Assembly: GCA_046331705.1 (NCBI GenBank)
Contig: JAXLQJ010000004.1
Span: 124,001 to 188,000 of the forward strand
Direction of reading: 5' to 3'
DNA: 64,000 nucleotides
Source: a bacterium
GTDB lineage: Bacteria > JADJOY01
Below the pieces are notes generated by a model, which saw only the letters and a list, made by a program, of their open reading frames with translations, searched no databases and was not told the DNA's origin. Both the position numbers and the translations under genes were made by a program. Position 1 is the first letter of the stretch; the number at the start of each line of letters is the position of its first letter. Shown here piece by piece: positions 28,505 to 38,689 of this stretch.

Positions 28505-29902
28505 ATGCGTGTACGTTCGCCGTCGCTCGCCTTGGCCTTCCTCCTGATCGCCGTCGCCAGCGCGCGGGCCGGCACGGACGGCCCGCTGGACGGCACCTTC
28601 GGCAGCTCGGGCTGGGACATCTGGAATCCATCGTTCACCACGTCCGTGAGCGTGAGGGATCTGGCGGTGCGGCCGGACGGCAAGCTGGCGATCACGGGCC
28701 GGGTGTTCGCCGTTGCCAGCCGCGAGGAGCTCTCGTGTGTGCGCAACGCCAACGGCAGCGGCGGCACGTGCGTCAACCGCATGTACGACCTGGGGGGCGA
28801 CAACAACAACGATGGCGCCGGCGTCGCGGTCCAGTCCGACAATCGCACGATCATCGTCGGTGATGCGGACGGTCCGGCTGCCGATCCGGATTCGGTGCTC
28901 ACGCTCGTGCGCATGACCTCGGCGAACGGCATCGACGTCACCTTCGACGGCAACACCGGCCCGTTCCACCTGAACGCCGCGACGAACCTCACCGGCCAGG
29001 CGGTGACGACCTTCCACGACGAGATCTACTTCGCCGGCTCGATCGAGGTCCCGACCAGCGACAAGTCCGGGAGCGACTTCTACGTCGGCGTCCGCAAGGC
29101 CGACGGCACTCCCAAGACGACGTTCAGCGGCGACGGCGTCCAGACCGTGGCCTTCGATCTCGGCGCCAACGGCTCCGACTATGCGGAGGGGATCGCGGTG
29201 GATCACCTCGGACGCGTCGTCGTCGCGGGGACGGCCAGCGACGGCACGGACACCCGCTTCGCCGTCGCCCGTCTCACGACCACGGGCGCGCTCGATTCGA
29301 CCTTCAGCGGCGACGGCAAGAAGACGGTGGTGGTCGATCTCGGTGGCGGCGCCGACGTCGACTTCGGCGGTGTGACCGTCGACCGCTTCGGCCGCGTGAT
29401 CCTCGCCGGAGTGGCCCGGGCCGCGAGCGGCAACCGCGCGGTGGTGGTTCGGCTCACGTCGAGCGGTGCGCTCGACGCGACGTTCGGAGGCGGCGACGGC
29501 ATCGTCGACTACGCCTACGGCGCCACCAACGACATCGCCGCCGTCGTGGACGTGCTCACGCTTCCGCCGCCCGAGGACCGCATCGTCATTGCGGGAGACT
29601 ACGACCCGAGCGGCTCGGACGTGTCGGATGGATTCGTCATGGTCCTGACGCCGGCGGGCGACCTCGACAGCGCCGATTTCAACCACACCGGCAAGCGCAG
29701 CTTCGCGCCCACCGGGGATCCCTGGAATCACGCCCAGGGTCTTGCCGTGCAAGCCGGAAAGCTGGTCGTCCTCGGCGGCTACCACGTGACCACGACATCG
29801 GCGAACGCGGCGTGGCTGGCGCGTGTGGAGATGTTCCCGATCTTCGGCGACGACTTCGAAGCCGGGCACCTGGCGCTGTGGTCGAACGCCGTTGGCGACT
29901 GA
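28505..29902 (+). CDS. Secreted Delta-60 repeat (DUF5122-like) beta-propeller protein
   Basis: Repeated G.LD.TF.GDG and V..DGRVVVAG..FAVARL motifs; signal peptide; AGGAGGAG RBS. Confidence 0.8.
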   Translation: MRVRSPSLALAFLLIAVASARAGTDGPLDGTFGSSGWDIWNPSFTTSVSVRDLAVRPDGKLAITGRVFAVASREELSCVRNANGSGGTCVNRMYDLGGDNNNDGAGVAVQSDNRTIIVGDADGPAADPDSVLTLVRMTSANGIDVTFDGNTGPFHLNAATNLTGQAVTTFHDEIYFAGSIEVPTSDKSGSDFYVGVRKADGTPKTTFSGDGVQTVAFDLGANGSDYAEGIAVDHLGRVVVAGTASDGTDTRFAVARLTTTGALDSTFSGDGKKTVVVDLGGGADVDFGGVTVDRFGRVILAGVARAASGNRAVVVRLTSSGALDATFGGGDGIVDYAYGATNDIAAVVDVLTLPPPEDRIVIAGDYDPSGSDVSDGFVMVLTPAGDLDSADFNHTGKRSFAPTGDPWNHAQGLAVQAGKLVVLGGYHVTTTSANAAWLARVEMFPIFGDDFEAGHLALWSNAVGD

Positions 29903-30035
29903 GCGAGCGCGTCCGAGCGAATCAATCGATGCGAATGCAGTACGAGCGCGCCGCGCGAGCTGCGTGCGAGCGCGCTAGCTTCGGTATCGGGACCGGCTCC
30001 TCACGGGCCTCTCACCTCGCGCGGGCGCGCCCTGC

Positions 30036-31805
30036 TCACGCGGGCCGGTCGCCGAGGTAGTGGCGGTGCGGATCGAAGAGCCGCACCACGGCGAGCTCGC
30101 GCGGATCGGGCTCGGGCGAGCGCTCGAGGTCGACGCTCACGTCGAGATTCCAGCCCACGCGTTCGCGGATCTCGCGGACGTGCTCTTCGGCGGTCGCCAG
30201 CTCGGGGCGCGGCACGTAGCTGACGAGCCGAAGCGGCGAGGCGCCCGGCTCTTTCACGAAGGTACCGCGCTCGGTCACCACGGCCCGCACGCGGCTTCCT
30301 GGGCTGGTCACGTAGCCCACGCGCTCACGGAAGCGTCCCGGCGCCAGGCTCGCGCACACCACCACGGCGTGGGCCGCGCTCGCGATGTCGTTGCCGCCAC
30401 CCGAGCCGGTGATGGGCGTGCCATCGCCGAGTCGCGTGGTGTTGAGATGGCCGAACCGATCCACTTCCGCCGCACCGATCGAGCCGATGCACGGCTGGCG
30501 CTGGCTGGGCAGCACCAGCGACATCATCGTCCTCACGTCGCTCAGCCAGATGGCGGTGGCGAGGTTCCGCATGCTGAAGACCACCGGATCGAACGGGCGC
30601 GGCTCGTAGCCGTAGAGGCCGAGCTCGGCCATCAACGCCACGTGGGCGCCGCGCTCGGCGAGGCGGCGCTGGGCGAGCCACGCGGCCAGGTTGGCGTTGC
30701 CGATCCCCGCGAGGATCGAGCCGGCGCGCGCTTCGAGCGCCAAGCGTTCGATCCACCGCGCCGCGTCCACCACCTGGCGCTCGGTGGCCGTCGCGGACGC
30801 GGGTGAGGCGCTCGACGCGAGAAGCGCCGCGTGATCGTCGATCTCCTCGCGCCAGGCGTCGTGGCGATTGCGTGCGCGCAACCGGCGCACCCGCGACTCA
30901 CCGAGCTTCGCGACGTAGCCGGCGTGATCGCGCGTATCGATCACCCACTCCTCGAGCCAGCGCTCCGCGGTCTCGTCGGAGCGCGTGGCGTCGTGAAGCT
31001 CGCTCAGCATCGCGTAGTCGTCGGCGTAACCCTCCACCTCGCAGTCCGCCGCCCACAACGGCGCGGGATGAGCGCCGAGCGGCGCTTCCACGACCGCGCG
31101 CACGAACTGTCCCGGCAACAGCCCCAGGTGGCTGTGGCGGCGGATCCACTCGGTGGATACGATGCGCTCGGCCGAGACCAACGCTCCGTCGCGCGCCGCC
31201 ATCGCGCCGAAGATCCCGCCGCCGCGTGGCGCGGGCAGGATCGCGTTGCCGGCGCGGTCGGCGGCGAGCGCATGGACGAACGAGAGGTCCGGCACCAGCG
31301 GCTTCACCCAGCCGACACCGTCGCGAACGCCGAACGCGTGCGCGTTCTCCACGGCCATGGTGCTGCCGAGGAGCGAGTGCGTCGGAAGCTCGGGAACCGA
31401 CATCGCCGCCGCCTCGAGCCTGAGCGGCAGCGTGAGGATCGACCAGTTCTCCACGGCGAGACGGCCACCGCGGATCGCCCGACGCAGCACTCCGTTCGGT
31501 GCGGGCGCGGGATACGAATCGCCGCAGAACGTGGTGATCGCGCGCGTCGCGACGCCCGCGTGGACGAGCAGCGATGCGTTGGCGCTCAGCGTGAGCGTGA
31601 CGAGCGTGAGCTCGGGCGAGCGCCCCCGGAAGGCGCGAATCAGCTCGTGGATCCAGGCGTTGGGCCGCGCCAGGCTGACGGCGAGCTCGATGGCCATGCC
31701 GGGCCGCACGAAGCGGCGCACGGCATCCGCGAGGGTGGTCTGCTTGTCGGGACCGAGTGGGTCCGGGAGCGTGAACGATTCCTCGATCGAGAACGGGCCG
31801 CTCAC
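30036..31805 (-). CDS. Fused alpha/beta family I CoA-transferase (glutaconate CoA-transferase-like)
   Basis: VHALAADRAGN, VEAPLGAHP (alpha); LAGIG, MAELG, GAAEVDRFGHLN, GSGGGNDIAS (beta). Confidence 0.85.
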   Translation of the reverse strand: MSGPFSIEESFTLPDPLGPDKQTTLADAVRRFVRPGMAIELAVSLARPNAWIHELIRAFRGRSPELTLVTLTLSANASLLVHAGVATRAITTFCGDSYPAPAPNGVLRRAIRGGRLAVENWSILTLPLRLEAAAMSVPELPTHSLLGSTMAVENAHAFGVRDGVGWVKPLVPDLSFVHALAADRAGNAILPAPRGGGIFGAMAARDGALVSAERIVSTEWIRRHSHLGLLPGQFVRAVVEAPLGAHPAPLWAADCEVEGYADDYAMLSELHDATRSDETAERWLEEWVIDTRDHAGYVAKLGESRVRRLRARNRHDAWREEIDDHAALLASSASPASATATERQVVDAARWIERLALEARAGSILAGIGNANLAAWLAQRRLAERGAHVALMAELGLYGYEPRPFDPVVFSMRNLATAIWLSDVRTMMSLVLPSQRQPCIGSIGAAEVDRFGHLNTTRLGDGTPITGSGGGNDIASAAHAVVVCASLAPGRFRERVGYVTSPGSRVRAVVTERGTFVKEPGASPLRLVSYVPRPELATAEEHVREIRERVGWNLDVSVDLERSPEPDPRELAVVRLFDPHRHYLGDRPA

Positions 31806-31821
31806 GAGCCGGGCGCCGCGG

Positions 31822-32769
31822 CTACGACGGGATCTTGCCCTGACGCACGAGCTTCTCGCGGTAGAACGCGGTGGCGCGACGCACGCCATCCTCGAGGCTC
31901 ACCTCGGGCGTCCAGCCGAGCCCTTCGCGGGCACGATCGTTCGCGAGCGCGATGTGGTCGATCTCGCCGGGGCGCTTCTCGCCGTACGCCGGCTGCAAGT
32001 CCGGCTTGCCGAGGGCGTTGCGCACCAGGTCGAAGATCTCGAAGTCCGAGGTCCGGCGCCCCGTGCCGATGTTGAAGATCCCGCCGTCGCCGCGGCTCAG
32101 CGCCGCCACGTTCGCGCGCACCACGTCCTCGATGAAGACGTAGTCACGGGTCTTCGAGCCGTCGCCGAAGAGCGTGCACGCCTTCCCGAGCAAGATGTTC
32201 TCCGAGAAGATCGCCGTCACGCCGGCCTCGCCGTGGGGCGATTGGCGCGGCCCGTAGATGTTGGCGTAGCGCAGCACCACCGAGCCCAGCCCATAGAGCG
32301 AGTGGTAGATGAAGAGGTAGTGCTCGGGAGTGTGCTTGGTGGCACCGTAGGGCGAGAGCGGGTTGATCGGATGGTCTTCGCGCACCGGCAGCGACTGCGG
32401 CTCGCCATACACCGCGCCGCCGGTCGAGATGTAGATCCAGCGCTTGACGCCGATCTCGCGCGAGAGCTCGAGCAGACGCAGCGTGCCGAGCACGTTCACC
32501 TCGGCGTCGTAGAGCGGCTCGCGCACCGAGCGCCGCACGTCCATCTGTGCCGCGTGGTGGTTCACGACCTCGGGGCGCTCGTCGCGAAAGACCTCCGCGA
32601 TCTTCGCGTCACGAATGTCGAGCTCGTAGAACGTCGCCTTGGGGTTCACGTTCTCGCGAAACCCGGTCGCGAGGTTGTCCACCACCACGACGTCGTGCCC
32701 GTCGGCGATGTAACGATCGACCACGTGCGACGCGATGAAACCCGCGCCTCCGGTAACCAGAATCTTCAA
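31822..32769 (-). CDS. NAD-dependent epimerase, UDP-glucose 4-epimerase-like
   Basis: TGGAGFIAS, STGGAVYG, YGATK, RYANIYGPRQ. Confidence 0.9.
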   Translation of the reverse strand: MKILVTGGAGFIASHVVDRYIADGHDVVVVDNLATGFRENVNPKATFYELDIRDAKIAEVFRDERPEVVNHHAAQMDVRRSVREPLYDAEVNVLGTLRLLELSREIGVKRWIYISTGGAVYGEPQSLPVREDHPINPLSPYGATKHTPEHYLFIYHSLYGLGSVVLRYANIYGPRQSPHGEAGVTAIFSENILLGKACTLFGDGSKTRDYVFIEDVVRANVAALSRGDGGIFNIGTGRRTSDFEIFDLVRNALGKPDLQPAYGEKRPGEIDHIALANDRAREGLGWTPEVSLEDGVRRATAFYREKLVRQGKIPS

Positions 32770-32947
32770 GCCCCGTCTCCCCCGCGCGCGCCGCGGATCA
32801 TCCCCACCCCAAGGCCATCGAGCGATTTAGCGAATCGCTTTCCAGCACGGCAACCGGCGAGCAGCGCTCCGCCCGCCCCACCCGGCGGCGCCGGGCACCC
32901 CGAGCACCGGGCCGCGCACGGCGAGTGAGCGACGGCGAGCGCACTCC

Positions 32948-33397
32948 TCATTGCCACGGCCCGGACTTCACGCCGGTGTGATTGAGCGCGAGCGTCTGAC
33001 CCGATACGGGTGCGGCGATCCCGGTCGCCGTGATCGTGTACGTCTCGCACAGCCGATCCCCGTCCAGGTCCGCCACCTCGATCGTGTACCGGTAATACGA
33101 GCCGCGGATCGAGGTTCCCAGATCGCCGATGGTCGAGCCGTCGGTGAACGTCTGCGTCCCCGGGCACGACCCTGCCCCGCTGGTGAACGAGAAATTTCCC
33201 TCCGCGAATCGGCGCTCCATGAGCAGCGCGATGCTGGCGAGGTTCTCCATCCCCTGCTTGCGCACCGCCTTCTCGCGAACGCGAGCGAGGTGCGGAATCG
33301 CGATCATCGCCAGCAACCCGAGGATCGCCATCACCACCAAGAGCTCCACCAGCGTGAACGCGCCATCCATTCCTCGCGAGGGTCTCGATCCACGCAT
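32948..33397 (-). CDS. Type IV minor pilin, PilE-like
   Basis: Class III signal A|FTLVELLVVMAILGLLAMIAIP; YTITAT..TLALNHTGVK C-terminus. Confidence 0.85.
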   Translation of the reverse strand: MRGSRPSRGMDGAFTLVELLVVMAILGLLAMIAIPHLARVREKAVRKQGMENLASIALLMERRFAEGNFSFTSGAGSCPGTQTFTDGSTIGDLGTSIRGSYYRYTIEVADLDGDRLCETYTITATGIAAPVSGQTLALNHTGVKSGPWQ

Positions 33398-33557
33398 CGT
33401 CGGTCCTCCCTCGGCGTGCTCGACGCCGATCGCTCAGGTGCTCGATGCCGAACCCGGTGCGTCGCCTTCGCGACGGCGGCGCAACCTGCCGCACACTAGC
33501 AAGCCTTCGGCGATGGGCTCAATCGATTCCGCAGGCGCGCGGCACCCGCCGCGGCGC

Positions 33558-35258
33558 TCACACCGGCGCGGGCGTGTACGCCGAATCCATGAGCAGCGCC
33601 CGCGCCTGCGCCGATCCGACCGCCGGAAAGATCACGCGGAAGAGCGCGCCGCCGCCGGGCGAAGACTCGGCTTCGACGCGCCCACGGTGCTCGGTCATGA
33701 TGCGGTGCACGATCGACAAGCCGAGCCCCGTGCCCTTCTCCTTGGTGGTGAAATACGGCTCGAAGAGCCGCACTTGCCCCTCGGCGGGGATCCCGGGGCC
33801 CGTATCGCGCACCTCGAGACGGACGGCCGGTTCCTCGTCGAGCGTCGCGGGCGCGATGGTGATGTCGATCCGACCCCGCTCGCCGGCCAGCGCCTCCACA
33901 CCGTTGCCCACCAGATTCGTGATCACGCGCCGCGCCATCTCGCGGTCGCAGAGCGCCTGCGGCGTGGTCGGGTCGGCGCGCACCTCGCACGCGACGTTCT
34001 CGTGCGGCTTGGCGACCAGCGTGAGCACGGCGTTCGCGAGCTCGGCCAGGTCCACCGGCTCGGGGCGCGGCTTCGGCATCCGCGCGAAGCGCGAGAACTC
34101 GCCCACCAGCTTCTTGAGCCCTTCGACCTCGTCGAGGATCGTCTGGCTGCCGTCGTCGAAGGCGCTCTCGAATTGCGGGTCCGCGCGGCGCTTGAGTCGC
34201 GAGAGCGTCTGCACGGTCAGCTGGATCGGGAAGAGCGCGTTCTTGATCTCGTGCGCCATGCGGCGCGCGATCTCCTGCCAAGCCGCCAGCCGCTCGTTCT
34301 GGACGATCTGCGCCTCGGCCTTGCGCAAGCCCTCGACCATGCCGTTGAACGCCGCCACCAGCTCGCCCAGCTCGCCGCTCGCCTTGAGCTCGAGCGCGCC
34401 CGAGCGCTCGCCGCGCCCCACCGCCCGCGCGCGCTCGGCCAGCAGCTCGACCGGCCGGGTCACGCTCGCCGCCAGCACCCCGCCCAGCACCACCGCCAGC
34501 GCCAGGGCGCCCAGCCCGAGTGCCGCGAACACCCGGAAGAGATCGCGCTCGAGCTCGTCGATGCGGGCACGCGAGAGCTCGGCGCGCAGCAGCACGTGCG
34601 CCTCGGGCGCCAGCGCATCGAGCTCGCGCGTGACGGTTCCCGGACTCGGCGCCGCGCGCGGGTCGTCGCTCATCTCGAGATGCGTGGCGCCGATTCGCCG
34701 CGCGATGGAGTCGAGCAGCATCGCGTCGACGACCTTGCCGCCCACGATCACCACCGTCGCCGAGCCGAGCGTCACCCGGCGCGCGCTCGCGAGCACCGCC
34801 CGGTCCTCGTTCGGGAACGCCTCGCGCACCACCCGCGCGTCGCCGCCGAGCTTCTCGAGATCGAGGCCGAGGGCGTCGCGATAGCCGAAGCTCGCCGGAC
34901 GGTGGGCGCTCGAGAGGATCCGTCCGCCGGCGTCGAGGATCTTGAGCGCCGCCAGCCCGGTGCGCCCGGCGATGGGCCGCGCGCGCTCGATGGCCGCGCG
35001 CTCGTCCACCTGGCCGCGATTCATCTCCACCAGCAGCTCGCGCACCGAAGGATCCTGCGACGCCTGCTCGACCCGGGCGCGGACGTCGCGCGCCAGCTCC
35101 TCGATCTCCGCCGTGAGCGCCTCGCCGATCGCGACCCGCCGGCTCTCGTACTCGGACTCGATCCGCTCGATCACGACGTGGTGGATGAACCAGGCGGCCG
35201 CGCCGTTGGGCAGCACCACCAGCAAGAAGCCGAGCATCAGGCGTACCCGAAACCGCAT
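33558..35258 (-). CDS. NtrY-like membrane HAMP sensor histidine kinase
   Basis: 2 TMs, HAMP, AWQEIARRMAHEIKN H-box, NLVGN, DTGPGI, FEPYFTTK..GTGLGL. Confidence 0.92.
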   Translation of the reverse strand: MRFRVRLMLGFLLVVLPNGAAAWFIHHVVIERIESEYESRRVAIGEALTAEIEELARDVRARVEQASQDPSVRELLVEMNRGQVDERAAIERARPIAGRTGLAALKILDAGGRILSSAHRPASFGYRDALGLDLEKLGGDARVVREAFPNEDRAVLASARRVTLGSATVVIVGGKVVDAMLLDSIARRIGATHLEMSDDPRAAPSPGTVTRELDALAPEAHVLLRAELSRARIDELERDLFRVFAALGLGALALAVVLGGVLAASVTRPVELLAERARAVGRGERSGALELKASGELGELVAAFNGMVEGLRKAEAQIVQNERLAAWQEIARRMAHEIKNALFPIQLTVQTLSRLKRRADPQFESAFDDGSQTILDEVEGLKKLVGEFSRFARMPKPRPEPVDLAELANAVLTLVAKPHENVACEVRADPTTPQALCDREMARRVITNLVGNGVEALAGERGRIDITIAPATLDEEPAVRLEVRDTGPGIPAEGQVRLFEPYFTTKEKGTGLGLSIVHRIMTEHRGRVEAESSPGGGALFRVIFPAVGSAQARALLMDSAYTPAPV

Positions 35259-35259
35259 G

Positions 35260-36825
35260 TCAACGGCCCTCGCCGGTGTTGGCGCTCGGCGGCAGCGCCA
35301 GCGCGGGAAGCTGCCAGACGTCCTCGAGCCACAGCCCGCCGTCGGCAGCGACGTCGCTCTCCGCGCGGATGCCCACGCGCTCGCCGCTCGCCACTCCGAT
35401 CTCGCGGTGCACCAGTGGGATCCACACGGCGTCGGCGGCGATCCGCCGCTCGGCGGCCAACAGGCCGCGCAGCGCCAGCTCGATCGAGCGCGCCCGGCTC
35501 GCCTCCGCCGCCGCCGCGAGCGCCTCCGCGGGCGCGGCCGGCGTGAGAGCGGCGAGGAAACGCGGCAACACGTCGGGCGTCGCGCCGTCGCCGAAGGTCC
35601 GCGACGTGATCCACGCCGCGAGCGTTCCGTCCGCCAAGCGCGCGGGCGCCTCGCTCGGATCCACGGGCACGACGCGCATCGCGAGCCCCGCCTCCTGCAG
35701 ATCCGCCTGGACGCGCTCGGCGATGGCATCGAGGTCCGAATCGTCGCGCGCGACCCCCAGCGCGAGCGGCGCCCGACCGTCCCGCGCTCCCGGGCGCGGC
35801 GGCGCCGGCGGAACCGGTGCGGCGAGCAGCGCCCGGTATCCGGCGCGCGTGTCGGGCAGCACCGAACGCGCGATCCGCGCCCGGCCACGCAGCATCACGT
35901 CCGCGATCGATTGACGATCGATCGCCGCGGCGACCGCGCGCCGCCCGTCCGACGAGTCGAACGGAGCGATACCGCGCGCCAGCACGAGGAAGACGGTATC
36001 GAGACCACCCACGCGAAACCGGCTGCCCGAGTCCGCAACCCGCGCGGCGCCGACCACGGCGTCGATGGTGCCGATCTCGAGCCCGCTCGCCACGTCGCTC
36101 GCGGCCTCCGCGCGCCGCAAGGTGACGCGATCGAGGAACGGGCGGCCACCGCGCGCCGCTTCGTTGGCTTCCAGCACCCACTCGGTGGCGCTCGCCGCGA
36201 CCAGGCGGAAGGCACCGGTGCCGACGCCGCCGACGGGCTGGCTGGCGGTGGGATCGACGGGCGGCGCGGGCAGGATGGCGGCGCGCGGATCCGCGAGCAT
36301 GTCCGCGAGCGTGGGACAACCGTTCGCGAGCTCCACACGAACCGCGCGCCTTCCGCGCTCGGTCACGGTCGGCGGCTTGCCGCCGTCCAGCGGAAGACAG
36401 CCGCCATGCGCGACCGGCGCCGCGAAGAACCGACGCAACGAGTAGGCGACGTCGCTGGCGCTCACGCTTCGCCCGTCGTGGAACGCGAGCCCCGGCGCGA
36501 GCGCGAGGTCCCAGACGCGAAACTCCGCGTCCGAAGCGCTCTCGCTCACCAGATGAGGCCGGGCGTGTCGATCGGCATCGACTCGAAAGAGCGTGTCGTA
36601 GAGCGCGCGGCTCAGCGTGCCGCCGAGCGCTCCTTCGAGAGCGAGCGGATCCAGGCTCGGCGCCGGCTGGTCGCGGCCGACGACCACCAGCGATCCTCCG
36701 TAGCGCGGCCGCTCCGCCGCTCGGGACGCCCCCCAGCTCGTGCCGATCACCAGCGCGGCGGCGAGCGCGCGGCGAATCGGCGCGCGGCGGGCGCGCGGCG
36801 CCACACGCGAGTCGAGCCCGCTCAC
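35260..36825 (-). CDS. Family 5 solute-binding protein-like periplasmic protein
   Basis: RYGGSL, SLDP, LYDTL, FHDG..VSASDVAYS, GTGAF, AIDR motifs. Confidence 0.75.
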   Translation of the reverse strand: MSGLDSRVAPRARRAPIRRALAAALVIGTSWGASRAAERPRYGGSLVVVGRDQPAPSLDPLALEGALGGTLSRALYDTLFRVDADRHARPHLVSESASDAEFRVWDLALAPGLAFHDGRSVSASDVAYSLRRFFAAPVAHGGCLPLDGGKPPTVTERGRRAVRVELANGCPTLADMLADPRAAILPAPPVDPTASQPVGGVGTGAFRLVAASATEWVLEANEAARGGRPFLDRVTLRRAEAASDVASGLEIGTIDAVVGAARVADSGSRFRVGGLDTVFLVLARGIAPFDSSDGRRAVAAAIDRQSIADVMLRGRARIARSVLPDTRAGYRALLAAPVPPAPPRPGARDGRAPLALGVARDDSDLDAIAERVQADLQEAGLAMRVVPVDPSEAPARLADGTLAAWITSRTFGDGATPDVLPRFLAALTPAAPAEALAAAAEASRARSIELALRGLLAAERRIAADAVWIPLVHREIGVASGERVGIRAESDVAADGGLWLEDVWQLPALALPPSANTGEGR

Positions 36826-38159
36826 GGAGCGTCCTCGATCCGCAAGGTCGCCAGCGGGGCGCGCTCGCCGCAGCCCACCGCCACCACCGACGGCGCATCC
36901 GAGGAAGAGAAGCGGCCCGTCACGACTCCGCAGACGCGAAACGGCGCCGGCCCACTCCACGCCTCGCTCGCCTCGCCCCCCGTGATGCGCGCGAGGACCA
37001 GCGTCGCGCCGTCGTCGCGATCGCCGATCAGCCACGCACCCTCCTCGTCCAGTCGGGTGAAGGGCGCCAGCGCCGAGCCGAAGCGCCCCACGGCGACGCG
37101 CTCGGAGACGCGCGGCGCCGACGCCAGCGCGACGGCGCCGCTCGGCTCCTCGAACGCCAGCCAATCTCCGTGGACGGCAACCTCCAGGAACGGCCCCTCG
37201 ACCAGCGGCACGGCGCGCGACGTGTCGAGGGGACCGCGCACGCTCGCGACGCTCGCGAGGACGTTGGTCCCGTCGCGCACCGGGGCGACCCATGCTCCCC
37301 CGCCCACACGCGGCGCGAGCGGGATCTCGCCGTGCCGCCGCGCGACCGCCGCCAGGCTCGTGCCGATGGTCCAGGTGTAACCGGCGCTCGACGGCGGCTG
37401 GACCCAGAGCTGGACGGGCTCGCCATCGCGACTCGACACCACGAGGCCGGCGCGCGGATCGCGCGAACGGGGCGGGGTGTTGCTCGCGTCGCCACGCACG
37501 TGGGTGATCGCGGCGACCTCGGTCACCGCGCCGTCCATCACGGCGAGCACGCGCGTCGCGCCATCCGTCACGACCGCGAGCCGATCCGATCCAGCCTCGG
37601 GCGCGGGGACCGCCGCCGCGGCGAGGACCGGCCCGGCGATCGTGCCCAGCGACGAGAGCTCAACGCGCAGCCGCCCCGGCATGCCGCTCGATTGCGTCAG
37701 GGCGGCGATCGTCGTGTCGACGCTCGGCAACGCGGCCAGCAGGTCGGGCTCCGCCGGCGCCTCGCCCAAACGCGGTCGTAGCCGCCCCGTCAGGACCACC
37801 GTCTCGCGCGTGACGTCGAGCGCCGTCGCGAGCACCCAGGCGCCCTCCGGCGCGCTGTCGAGCTCGCCCGGCGTGACCCTGAGCGAGCTCAGCTTGGCCA
37901 TCTCGAGCAACAGCGCCGTGCGCACGCGCTTGGCAGCGCCAGCGAAGGCCCCGCTCGCCTCGCGCACGGGAGCGACGACCACGAGCGGCACGGGCTCGCC
38001 GCGGCCCTCGAGGTACGCGCGCGCCTGGGCAGCGAGCGACTGCGCGAGGCGGCGTGCTGGATCCGAAGCCGCGGCGGTGGGCGCGGCGGTCTGCGCCGTC
38101 GCAGCGGATGACCACAGCGCGACGGCCGCGAGGACCCAGCAGATCGTGCAGCGCCGCAT
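36822..38159 (-). CDS. Secreted hypothetical protein (N-terminal alpha/beta domain plus beta-rich domain)
   Basis: Signal peptide; stop overlaps start of the downstream SBP gene. Confidence 0.55.
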   Translation of the reverse strand: MRRCTICWVLAAVALWSSAATAQTAAPTAAASDPARRLAQSLAAQARAYLEGRGEPVPLVVVAPVREASGAFAGAAKRVRTALLLEMAKLSSLRVTPGELDSAPEGAWVLATALDVTRETVVLTGRLRPRLGEAPAEPDLLAALPSVDTTIAALTQSSGMPGRLRVELSSLGTIAGPVLAAAAVPAPEAGSDRLAVVTDGATRVLAVMDGAVTEVAAITHVRGDASNTPPRSRDPRAGLVVSSRDGEPVQLWVQPPSSAGYTWTIGTSLAAVARRHGEIPLAPRVGGGAWVAPVRDGTNVLASVASVRGPLDTSRAVPLVEGPFLEVAVHGDWLAFEEPSGAVALASAPRVSERVAVGRFGSALAPFTRLDEEGAWLIGDRDDGATLVLARITGGEASEAWSGPAPFRVCGVVTGRFSSSDAPSVVAVGCGERAPLATLRIEDAP

Positions 38160-38362
38160 GGCGCTCACGCTATATCACGCGCGGTCACCCGCGATCGGGT
38201 GCGGCCGAGACGCAGCCGCGCTCGCCGCGGCAGCGGCGAACGAGCGTGGTCGATGCGAGCAGCAGCGGAAACGCGTGGGTGGAATCGAGGGGGCGGCGGG
38301 AGCCGCGAATCGACGAGGGCGGCCGCTCGACGCACGAGGGGCCGAGCCGGCGACCCGAGCGA

Positions 38363-38476
38363 TCAGTGCTCGCGCGTCTCGATCGCGCCGAGCGTCACCT
38401 TGAGGGCCGCCGCGGTCATCGCGATGCCGAGCGCGACCGAGCCAGCGAATGCGATCACGAGAACCAGCGCTTGCAT
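38363..38476 (-). CDS. Small 37-aa hydrophobic peptide MQALVLVIAFAGSVALGIAMTAAALKVTLGAIETREH (not in ORF track)
   Basis: ATG with GGAG 9 nt upstream, GC3-rich codons, one TM helix, sigma54-type promoter upstream. Confidence 0.6.
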   Translation of the reverse strand: MQALVLVIAFAGSVALGIAMTAAALKVTLGAIETREH

Positions 38477-38549
38477 GGGCAGCATCTCCGAATTGAACCG
38501 CTGGTTGAACCAACGGGGTGCGCTCTTTTACTCCTCGAGCGCACGAGTC

Positions 38550-38564
38550 GCAAGCCCCATGCCG
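38550..38564 (-). promoter_or_regulatory. sigma54 (-24/-12) promoter
   Basis: CGGCATG-GGGC-TTGC, with canonical GG-N10-GC spacing. Confidence 0.65.
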
Positions 38565-38689
38565 CCAGATCGCGCGCCGCGAATAGCGAAAGTGGCCGCT
38601 ACCACGAGAAAAACGCCCTGAAAACGAGAGGCCGACGCCGAGCCGTGGCGAGCGCCGGGGGGAGGCTGGTGGCGAGGCTGCGCCGGCGG

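Noticed and set aside
33498-33515. sigma54 promoter upstream of the pilE-like gene
   Set aside because: TTGCT is present but the -24 element reads TCGC, lacking the invariant GG
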